A stretch of DNA of 39,319 nucleotides from an uncultured archaeon (GTDB taxonomy: Archaea > Aenigmatarchaeota > Aenigmatarchaeia > Aenigmatarchaeales > Aenigmatarchaeaceae). The stretch covers positions 6,888 through 46,206 of the forward strand of contig CAZYZB010000001.1 of NCBI GenBank assembly GCA_964651405.1, in the 5' to 3' direction. Made by a program: the position numbers and the translations under genes. Below are positions 33,501-39,319 of this stretch, piece after piece. The notes beneath the pieces were generated by a model that had not been told where the DNA came from, did not search any database, and was given only the letters and a program-made list of their open reading frames with translations. How positions within the stretch are numbered: position 1 is the stretch's first letter; every line of letters begins with the position of its first letter.

Positions 33501-36500
33501 ACATTGTCTAGTGAATTACCATTCTTGAAGAAATAAACTGTATAGTTTGACAACGGTTGAGTTGTATTACCGTCTATAACATGGCATTTAATATCAACTG
33601 CTGCACCTGCTGAATATGCAGAACCGTTTGAAGGTATTATAGAGTCGATATCGCTCCATCCATAAATATAAACTGAAGTGCTATTACTGTTGTTATCATA
33701 ATATTGCCTAGTTACGTTTGAGTAAATTGTTTCAGAACCACGCTTATAGTTTATAGGTATACTCCAAGTTGTGTTATATCCGTTTGATAAAAGATTCCAA
33801 GTAGAATTATACCAACTAACATTTGCACCTGTAACTCCCTGATTACATTCATTACTTACGCTCGAATTTAATTCTGCTGTTCTATTTCTATTTAGTATAG
33901 CTCCTGTTTTTGGATAATTCAATGAAATATTTAATTGTCCGTAAACGATAAAACTTGCATTAGTAGAATTAATAATCTGATAACAGCTAAAGCCATTCTT
34001 TTCAACAGTTCCTGTCTTCCAATATTGCAATCCAACTGAAGAACTGCAATTAGGATTATAGTTTATGCTGCAATTACCATTCGAGGATGTGCAATTAAAA
34101 GCAGAAGAATAACTAGAGCCATCTTCAGTGATATAAATTGTTCCATTGGCGTTCGTTGGGTAAGTTTGATTATCGCTGTCGTAGATTCTAAATTCTAAAA
34201 ATGCAATGTTGTTGTTAATTCTTCTTACGCTAGAATTACTTGAAGTAGTGTTTATAGTTAAAGTTACATTGTCTCTTTCTAAAGTTATGTTATTAGATTC
34301 AGTCTCATCTTTGTAACCGAACGGATCTGTTGTGTTAAACTTGTAATACAAGCGTGGGGATTGAAGCGCATAGTCGTCGCAACTAAGCCTATAAGTAAAT
34401 GATATATCCTTTCCAATTCCTTGATCCTGTTTCATCTCAATCAAGTACCATGTTACATTATCATAACTTTTCCATAAACTAACATTGTTCATGTTGAGGT
34501 CTTGATCTGTTAAGGTTACCTTAAACTCGTATAACTCTCCCCAACCTCCAATAGTTTTGGGAGTTTCTGTGCCAGGAATTACAACACGAGGATTGTACAA
34601 ATCAGGCCTATAGCCAAGATAGAATGCATTATATTTTAAAGTAGAATTGCTAGCATAATAATTCTTGCTAGCTGACATACTTATATTGTACCAACCTCTT
34701 GAAAATGGTATTTTTGTACAATTATACCATCCTAAATTTTCCATCCAACCATTGTTGTCTATTTTTGTACAATCATAGTATACTCCGGATTGGTGAGTAT
34801 ATCTATACGTAACAGTTGCATTTTCTATGTAACTACATTCGTCATTTAAAGTTCCATTGGCAGGTACAGGATCTCCGAAAATGTATCCTTGACCAGAAGG
34901 ATTTACTATTGATGGTGCTAAATAAGATTTTAATGCAAATGTGTAATTTGTACTGTTCTTATATTTGTAACATGCATCATTGTAAACTCCTCCAAACCAA
35001 TTTTGCGTGCCAGTCTTGTAATCGCACTTAGCTTGACCAGCTGGTATGTCTTGTGGGAATTTATAGGTTAAATTACTATCATCATCTGAGCTTGAAATTT
35101 TTTGACCAGCAAAATTAGTTCCGTTAGTAGTTACCCAGAAACTACCATTTACACCAGAGCCTATAGCTATATTTCCACGGTCAAAATCTGTAATCTTTAA
35201 ACTTAGATTTATGTAATCTGTTCCATTTCTCCAAACTTCAGTGTTCCCACTCATAAATGTTAAGTTAACATCATTCTTCTCTAATGAAAAGTTCTTTGGT
35301 TCTATTGTAGTTTCATATATTGTATCTCCAAACAAAGGACTATTTCCATCGTCTGTAGCATTGAATTTGAATTCCCAAATATGAGGATAAGGATCAGATT
35401 GGCTCGCTTCGCAAGCTCCTTTTGACCAACTTAAAGTTATTGTTGTGTTTATGGCAGGAGACTCGATGTTTGTTTTGTTAGCTTGTAACCAACTGCCTAT
35501 TCCAAACCTTCTTACGTAAAGTGTGGCATTAATGTAATCGTAATCATCATCGTTAACAGTCGCATTGAAATAAAATCTTTCTCCCCAACCGCCTATTTCT
35601 CCGCCTTGGGTAGAAACTATAGAGGTGTTTAAGATTGACGGCTTTGTTTCTATAAAGAATGAACCATTAACTCTAACAGATTTATTATTAAAGTAATCCT
35701 TTGTGACGTTTACGATAATATTATACCATCTAGCTCTCATGTCTGAGGTATTTCTATTACATCTATAAACCCCAGTTGTTGATAGTGGTTGAACTATTTC
35801 TGTGCAATTGTAAGTGTCATTTGTTACATTGTTTATAGCTTGCATAGTTATGCTGCTTACATTAATTTCTACGTTACAATCATCCTTAATCGCTTCATCT
35901 GTTGGAGGAACTCCAGCATTTATTGTTAAGTTTTGCTCGTCTCTTAGAACAGTCTGATCATTATAAAAGTTAGGAGACCTGTAAGCATATGGAGTATAAT
36001 TTAAATCAGCGTATATTTCTAAAGTGTAGTTTGTTGTATTTTGTTGTACATAGCAATTATCTGTTATAATACCCTTCCATTTTTGTGGTCCAGGCGAGTT
36101 GTAATTACAATCTGGATTAAAGTAATATAATACATGGCCTGAAGAATTAGTTGAGTTCATTTGAGATAAGAAAACACTTTCACTTTTTGTTATATAGAAT
36201 GTCACATTAGAATTATTAGCTGGAACATTTTTGTCTGTATCATTTACACCAAGGATTAATAAATCTACATTGTTTGAAGAACTGTCTGATCTGTTTACTT
36301 TGGTGTCGTTTCCCCAAATATAATAAATTACTGCATCATCTTTAGTTATGTTTGGTCCTTGTACAGCTGAGGTATTTCCTATATTTGTGCCATCATATAT
36401 TTGCCATCTAAACCATTTTGTATTAGTAGAATTGTCGATCTCTTCACATATGAAATCGCTCACGTTTATGCTGCAGAGGCCAATCCCATTGTTTATCGTC

Positions 36501-39319
36501 ACATTGCCTCTGTTAATCCAGCTGTTTCCATCATTTTTGCTTATGAATAAAGTACAAGTTACATTATCCAGTTGAGTGTCATTAACATTTACACTATAAT
36601 TAAATTTAGTTCCCCAGCCTTCAATAGAAGGACTGACATTTAAATTTGAATACTCAGTTGCAGTATTATTCAAATAAGTCCAGTTTACAAGCAAAGTTGA
36701 ATTATCATAGTAATAAGTTTTACTCGAGTTTACCCTTATACTGTAATAACCACCCATGTGCAGGCTCGTGTTCCATGTATTGTTGTATTGACCGCTGCTT
36801 AATTCTTGTGCAGGCGATGGTTGCAATAGCTCATATATTAAATTTGGATTTCTTTTTTCATGACTCACATTTGCACTTGTTATTGCTAAACTACATTCAT
36901 CTGAAATATTTGATGTAACATTTACTGTGAGACCAGCGACTATCATAGAACTTTGCGGAGGATAAATTATTGAGTTCTTTAATTGACCGTAAATATATGT
37001 GGTTTTATTATCGGTTTGACTAACTCCATAACAACTATCATTTAATGCTATCTTCCACCATTGTCTTCCTGCTGAAAAATTACAATCTGGTTCAAAGCTA
37101 TAATTAAAGTAACCATCACTCTTAGTCTTGATATTAGTGTAGTTAAAGAAGTTATCTCCATTTGTTGTGAACTGAACAGTTCCATTAACATTTTCAAAAT
37201 TAATTTCACCTTGTAGGTCGTCTATAAATTTAACTCCTAAATAAGTAGTTCCAGTTCCTTCTCTGCCAATTGAATCTCCATCACCGAATAAAGATACTAT
37301 GTTAGGAGAAGTTGGATCAACTGCTATTGAGAATGTATTATTACCTTGATTCGTGTAGTTAAAATTGTCTGAAACATTAAACTTGAAGAATTTATTTCCA
37401 ACGTCACTATATGTTCTGTTACAATCGAAGCTTATGCCACTAAATGCCAAATAAGCGTCTGTGCAGTTTCCTGTAGAAGGAACACATATCTTTGAACTAT
37501 AATAATCCCAATTGCCAGTAAGGTTTAACCATAATGAAACATTCAACGTGCTGCCAAGCTCACCGTCTTTATCATTATCTTCTGCATTTGTTGCAAATGT
37601 CCAAGAGTCTCCCCACGAATAATACCCAGCAGAAGTTGTGGGCGCATCTAAAGTTAATACTGGTTTTGATGTTAAGTAATAAGAATTAATCGTTAGGTTA
37701 GTTTCAGATGAAGTATAATATTGTTTTTCTGCCTTTGTTGTCACGTTAACATAACCATAGTTCCATGCTGGCGGATTTGTACCATGGGTTGTGTTTCTAA
37801 ATGTGCAGTTATAAACTCCTCCACCTTCATATATTATTGCTCCTTGAGGACTCTGATCATTAACACAATCTTTTTCTTGTGGTGTAGCTAAAAGCTGTTG
37901 TGACTTGAATGTTACATTAGCATTTGTAATCGGTCTACACTCATCAGTTATGTTAGCTCTAACGCCTACATTTTCTATTCCTTTCAGGAACAAGTGTCCA
38001 TTCAATGGTTCTAGGAAATTAACTCTTAAATCTATAGTTGTTACGTTTATGCTGAAATTAGTACTGTTTGTAATCTTGTAAGCTGAAGATGTTATTATGC
38101 CAGCTTTCCATTTTTGTGGTCCAACTTCAAAATTACATCCAGGATCGAATTGTCCAGAGCTTGTATTTATATAGCCTTGAGATGTTGAAGAGCCTACTTG
38201 TATAAAGCTACTTGCAGTATCATTAGTTACCCACATATTGCCTGTAAATCCGATTGTTGGGTAAACTCCTTTATCTCTATCGAATACTCTTACACTTAAT
38301 GTCTGAGAGCCAGAACTTCTGTTGACAATCGTACCATTGCCTTCTATATATTCCAATAAAATATCATCTTCTCTGACTGTAAATGCTCCATTAGCAGTTT
38401 CATTAATATTCTGTGGGAGCTGCGGATCTGGAGAAGTTTCACTCACGTTGAATTTAAATGCATGAGGTCCTAGTCCAGGATTATTGAATGCAGGCCATCC
38501 ATAGATTATGAAAGTTACGATTGTATTATTCCCCTGTATAGTTGTGTTTGACATGGCAGTTGCATTTGGTTGTGCCCATTCTCCTGACGGAACAGTTTGA
38601 CTAGAATTTACAAAAAGTTTTACAGTCATCGTGTCGTTGTCCTCATCTGAAGCATTAACTCTGAATATCCACCTTTCTCCCCAACCACCATCATCTTGTA
38701 TTCCTGTTGAGTTGTAAGATTGTACTACAAAGTTACTTGTTAGCACTGGTTTGGTTTCAACCCAGAAGCCTCTTTGGTTTGCTTGATAAGTTTCGTTAGT
38801 TTCATTATAATTATAATTCTGTCTAGTGGCATTCAATTTTACATCCCAGCCTTGAGCTAAGAAACCACTTGTATTTAGACTACAATTGTAACTTCCATCA
38901 CCGACGTTTACTATTGGGTTACAATAATTAATCGCAGCACCTCTTATTGCAGAAAAGTTAACATTAGCATCAGTTACTACAAAATCACATTCATCGCTAA
39001 TGTTTCCTATAATTGGAATGTTTTCTCCGTCTGGATATTCTCCTCTCAGATATTTCTCTCCGTTTGGTGATGTTATTGTGAGTAATCTTAAATCACCAGT
39101 GACATTCAATGTGAAGTTGGTTGCTGTTGCATTCAAATCCCGATAACAGCTGTCAGTCGTACCAGCTATCCAGTAATGCCTGTCAGCAGTGTGTGTGCAG
39201 TTTGGATCAAACCAATAACTGGCATTTCCCAAAGAGTCAGTAGTACTGATGTTCTCAAGCCTGTAGGCAGAAGACTCGTTAGTGACCCAAAAGCTGACAT
39301 TGACGTTGTTAGCATAAGT
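26411..39319 (-). CDS. Giant (>4,300 aa) sequon-rich surface protein fused through one TM helix to a C-terminal cytoplasmic HerA/FtsK-superfamily ATPase; the 5' end lies outside the window
   Basis: The track ORF starts at an internal TTG (39232). I translated 39233-39319 in the same frame (TYANNVNVSFWVTNESSAYRLENISTTDS) and found no stop. That stretch also matches the internal repeat pattern, so the gene continues upstream. A 12.9-kb open frame in AT-rich DNA cannot arise by chance. Confidence 0.9.
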   Translation of the reverse strand, partial: TYANNVNVSFWVTNESSAYRLENISTTDSLGNASYWFDPNCTHTADRHYWIAGTTDSCYRDLNATATNFTLNVTGDLRLLTITSPNGEKYLRGEYPDGENIPIIGNISDECDFVVTDANVNFSAIRGAAINYCNPIVNVGDGSYNCSLNTSGFLAQGWDVKLNATRQNYNYNETNETYQANQRGFWVETKPVLTSNFVVQSYNSTGIQDDGGWGERWIFRVNASDEDNDTMTVKLFVNSSQTVPSGEWAQPNATAMSNTTIQGNNTIVTFIIYGWPAFNNPGLGPHAFKFNVSETSPDPQLPQNINETANGAFTVREDDILLEYIEGNGTIVNRSSGSQTLSVRVFDRDKGVYPTIGFTGNMWVTNDTASSFIQVGSSTSQGYINTSSGQFDPGCNFEVGPQKWKAGIITSSAYKITNSTNFSINVTTIDLRVNFLEPLNGHLFLKGIENVGVRANITDECRPITNANVTFKSQQLLATPQEKDCVNDQSPQGAIIYEGGGVYNCTFRNTTHGTNPPAWNYGYVNVTTKAEKQYYTSSETNLTINSYYLTSKPVLTLDAPTTSAGYYSWGDSWTFATNAEDNDKDGELGSTLNVSLWLNLTGNWDYYSSKICVPSTGNCTDAYLAFSGISFDCNRTYSDVGNKFFKFNVSDNFNYTNQGNNTFSIAVDPTSPNIVSLFGDGDSIGREGTGTTYLGVKFIDDLQGEINFENVNGTVQFTTNGDNFFNYTNIKTKSDGYFNYSFEPDCNFSAGRQWWKIALNDSCYGVSQTDNKTTYIYGQLKNSIIYPPQSSMIVAGLTVNVTSNISDECSLAITSANVSHEKRNPNLIYELLQPSPAQELSSGQYNNTWNTSLHMGGYYSIRVNSSKTYYYDNSTLLVNWTYLNNTATEYSNLNVSPSIEGWGTKFNYSVNVNDTQLDNVTCTLFISKNDGNSWINRGNVTINNGIGLCSINVSDFICEEIDNSTNTKWFRWQIYDGTNIGNTSAVQGPNITKDDAVIYYIWGNDTKVNRSDSSSNNVDLLILGVNDTDKNVPANNSNVTFYITKSESVFLSQMNSTNSSGHVLYYFNPDCNYNSPGPQKWKGIITDNCYVQQNTTNYTLEIYADLNYTPYAYRSPNFYNDQTVLRDEQNLTINAGVPPTDEAIKDDCNVEINVSSITMQAINNVTNDTYNCTEIVQPLSTTGVYRCNRNTSDMRARWYNIIVNVTKDYFNNKSVRVNGSFFIETKPSILNTSIVSTQGGEIGGWGERFYFNATVNDDDYDYINATLYVRRFGIGSWLQANKTNIESPAINTTITLSWSKGACEASQSDPYPHIWEFKFNATDDGNSPLFGDTIYETTIEPKNFSLEKNDVNLTFMSGNTEVWRNGTDYINLSLKITDFDRGNIAIGSGVNGSFWVTTNGTNFAGQKISSSDDDSNLTYKFPQDIPAGQAKCDYKTGTQNWFGGVYNDACYKYKNSTNYTFALKSYLAPSIVNPSGQGYIFGDPVPANGTLNDECSYIENATVTYRYTHQSGVYYDCTKIDNNGWMENLGWYNCTKIPFSRGWYNISMSASKNYYASNSTLKYNAFYLGYRPDLYNPRVVIPGTETPKTIGGWGELYEFKVTLTDQDLNMNNVSLWKSYDNVTWYLIEMKQDQGIGKDISFTYRLSCDDYALQSPRLYYKFNTTDPFGYKDETESNNITLERDNVTLTINTTSSNSSVRRINNNIAFLEFRIYDSDNQTYPTNANGTIYITEDGSSYSSAFNCTSSNGNCSINYNPNCSSSVGLQYWKTGTVEKNGFSCYQIINSTNASFIVYGQLNISLNYPKTGAILNRNRTAELNSSVSNECNQGVTGANVSWYNSTWNLLSNGYNTTWSIPINYKRGSETIYSNVTRQYYDNNSNSTSVYIYGWSDIDSIIPSNGSAYSAGAAVDIKCHVIDGNTTQPLSNYTVYFFKNGNSLDNVSTDSNGYANKTWYTSTESAGWYNLTCKIEDNTTVYYNASISKRESWVILSRPLIIDQIIRQYDSIYRNDSFNPHQTNITAHTKDADIGDADNSSVYFYSSTSLLGNCTTNITGWCSLINFNPDDTFTPGPYTIYINATNSQNENSQTNNTSITVKGILNTTIISPPDTDHCGASGLICPKSTFIVLRANGTTENEESFSIINPTIKWYNETIQLAEGNDTTMPLPTVIQQKTGPHQIMAVAIKPYYDDGSKNVSINITGISAVEWISPTGIVSYPNMFYPTCFVKDQASSSGIADYAINFSYKWEPASDFTFNGTYQTNSTGYANYNFIPTQKGNITFNCTIGNNDTQFYTANIPNDVETLWIKDIEAPKIYNISMIPNESIEANLNITNITAKVEDNYEIDSVWANITAPNGTVIVYMSNITIPETGFGFYRAIYSANYTAPIEGFYNVSIFAKDSGPEYNINSSYAGNLSVWGKINGFVQQSPLSITAFGVNQTHGYTFTVYTNFTNLGPATAYNVNLTHQENPSGSISYNDSYKYCGTLYANQVCSWIFNVTVPTKTIPSLIKAYTVGSWRNPDLTLNETMNLTDILVSSNPILDVSPTSIYQTTPHDKETTVGNFTALSGGNYRVTSIMVSLLPQNQPGNIVYACPSCIVTFIPEKPGTLEPGSNASVVVKIQVPAGQPPGNYWSYINVSSSNAGEKYVFMNITVPTNNSWERIPESFGTISAPPNTNGTIGYINVSNIGNVKLQFETFNTGDNGYLTIENTTFPYAFELEKQARKDLLIGWITPTNAVQQLWNATITLTSSGTPSSKVINLTLDTRDIPPIITDININPMQFEFGYENVSIQARITDNIAVDKAWVNITPPNSSSFIMLLQNYSSNIYNTTYVYPIAGTHQIIICANDTASLITCTSPYNITSSDTTIIQITPNATLIKITNITQEWGQSFVINFSVSNIGGSRATNINASINSSINVTASPNNYSYAILVRNASQYNTTTITVSNATQPGIYYVDFNANWTNLNNTFNSSKATLELNVTRNPFIDIVENEINRLIFAATNETINITLRSIGNDNATNISLNCISGIVCQNFNVTLNPQNISQLPIGNITYVNITFIIPYNYPTGTHTGTISVNWFDSIQSQNFSTTLPVSILVPANTSWIHQPTEIYKRILDNETGIYGEINITNTGNSQVPLEITVNGTIAPYLTLGNFTNISYGEMKTIKINYSSPSIVYDTNYTGYITTNLTGALRENASQKEKSTFVSLFVTPYNVKIIYPNETNPKLGVNPGNVIQVKVNVTENGTIVNSNTTFVIKLFNDTISNVTVASSSFDSPQNLWLVNFTAPNFALERAYNLNVTASHNGTYNNTRSDVKYNSIVYNDSTAPKINISIPVRIPANTTLNIREIIIESGILKNLTSNIIYPDSSNLTINLALISTSIETYIYEFNFTNTSQLGNYTIYARACDLSGNCNSTTTIFEIYPTVIFSGYAKDVESASENPLLFNFRFLDLGTNSLRFNFTSNSSTGYYNETIDAKNYNLEISTHATNFLNTLKLYGYNITVSYYNPISLGNIPRVRTTISALKGIYISNSLPYSSAKIVIDFSDCASGGCSIPIYDPQHLGIYRYNANWTPKITTAQNTLWTRISNVGYDNSDGSVNLTSLSVSVNTTLNGAYILAEYICGNGECDSSYGESTTNCPTDCPYIPIPPTPPGGGGGGGGGGAGGGAGAGGAGGAGGGGAAGAGGVPSVPVTPVPLEVKSTLIETTLAPGEEKTFSVDVTNNLETSVSATVVAEGPVFKLLTIQKPVLTIGRKSTEVIEIKAAASTKTIPGIYTGEIVVKAGAVTHRTPVTVNVQALIEPLLDVKVKILSKEVSPGSNLSFEISLMNMGETAKVEDITVTYSVYALNNQSYIVTSSKETLAVEDVATYRSTINIPAKTPEDKYILEANASYWYGKKFATSTDNFDVSSLPWPLLILRSVFLNWLTYVVLLVGVPLIIIFMRWYSSYRASKIAKARYVAPLDFNTLPKAGPDAIEVGRVAETDVKAYINIPQLVMHSIAAGGTGSGKSVSAQVCSEELLKRKVPIIVFDPTAQWTGFMKPCKLQAMIDLYPKFGLKPTDVRSFKTNIILVEDPDMQIDIKKYMIPGEITVFVMNRLPAEKLDHFVRRSIQAIFDMRPGESKQIKLLLVYDEVHRLLPKYGGKGGYIAIERACREFRKWGIGVFLISQVLLDFKGAIRANIANEIQLRTKYEGDIGRVKSKYGVDYASKVTRLTIGTGLFQNPEYNNGRPWFLSFRPLLHSPFALTDEEIDTYIKLNKRIEAVDAVIGKMKTNKIDTYDIEVELNIVKDKVKTAAFKMAETYLESIEKRIEKMK
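27527..27622 (-). other. Single TM anchor of the giant protein
   Basis: The sequence is PWPLLILRSVFLNWLTYVVLLVGVPLIIIFM, followed by the positive-inside cluster RWYSSYRASKIAKAR. Confidence 0.7.
28291..28400 (-). repeat. GC-rich low-complexity tract encoding a Pro-rich plus poly-Gly/Ala linker
   Basis: The region encodes PYIPIPPTPPGGGGGGGGGAGGGAGAGGAGGAGGGGAAGAGGVPSVPVTPVP. Locally it is strongly GC-rich in an AT-rich window, and imperfect GGN/GCN triplet repeats are visible. Confidence 0.9.
33700..39319 (-). repeat. At least six diverged ~1.0-1.1 kb (about 330-360 aa) super-repeats in the distal ectodomain of the giant protein
   Basis: A landmark motif of the form [FY]-[DEN]-P-x-C-[NS]...W-[KF]...C-Y recurs at ~39210, 38140, 37090, 36110, 35020 (variant KCDYKTGTQNWFGG) and 34050. 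Each is followed by D-E-C, Y-[NR]-C and G-W-G-[ED]-x-[WF]-x-F...D-x-D motifs. Confidence 0.7.

Noticed and set aside
4725-39319. Interpreting the locus as a type IV pilus, archaellum or Ced/conjugation system.
   Set aside because: No class III signal peptides are present; the N-termini look Sec-type with A-x-A-like cleavage sites. There is no PilB/ArlI-type secretion ATPase, PilC/ArlJ platform protein or prepilin peptidase, and I could recognise no CedA-like or VirB-like genes. Only the HerA/FtsK-type domain is loosely reminiscent, so the locus cannot be assigned to these systems from sequence reading.
17291-39319. Diversity-generating retroelement or other targeted hypermutation of the giant genes.
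   Set aside because: No reverse transcriptase ORF is present, and I found no template/variable repeat pair with adenine-specific mismatches. The internal repeats are old and diverged at all base types.
26411-39319. The giant ORF as a pseudogene or an assembly chimera of repeats.
   Set aside because: The reading frame is intact for 12.9 kb in stop-codon-prone AT-rich DNA, and the repeats are diverged rather than collapsed-identical. Misassembly still cannot be formally excluded without reads.
1-39319. CRISPR arrays, tRNA/rRNA genes, transposases or integrases.
   Set aside because: I saw no regularly spaced direct repeats, no GC-rich structured RNA-like islands outside coding sequence, and no recognisable transposase or integrase ORFs. 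Intergenic space is at most ~90 nt.

Overview
This is an AT-rich, tightly packed fragment that is almost certainly archaeal. Supporting signs are BRE/TATA-like boxes about 25-35 nt upstream of starts, GGTG-type ribosome-binding motifs, a LAGLIDADG intein inside an Lhr-type helicase, and surface proteins saturated with N-x-S/T sequons. A small-genome DPANN-like episymbiont is my inference only. Positions 1-4211 (minus strand) encode an Lhr-type DExH helicase that runs off the window edge and is interrupted by a complete 506-aa intein. It is missing from the ORF track because it has no stop codon inside the window. The remaining ~35 kb (4725-39319) looks like one dedicated cell-envelope locus. 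(i) A giant gene of more than 4,300 codons, with its 5' end outside the window, encodes a glycan-sequon-rich repeat ectodomain, a Cys mini-domain, a Pro/Gly/Ala linker, one TM helix and a cytoplasmic HerA/FtsK-superfamily P-loop ATPase. (ii) A second giant surface protein (1,967 aa) shares a ~230-aa module with the first. (iii) Two tandem, mosaic secreted paralogues lie between the operons. (iv) A 13-gene minus-strand operon encodes seven signal/anchor beta-sandwich proteins, two small polytopic membrane proteins, a winged-helix regulator and two paralogous MinD/ParA ATPases. Both ATPases carry Asn at the catalytic Asp position and end in amphipathic tails. (v) Several K/E-rich coiled-coil proteins carry recurring MinD-MTS-like and SHOCT-like short motifs. 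I saw no recognisable type IV pilus/archaellum, archaeosortase, conjugation, CRISPR, tRNA or rRNA components. I propose the locus encodes an undescribed envelope-spanning attachment/translocation apparatus. This is a hypothesis from sequence reading only, since no database search was possible.
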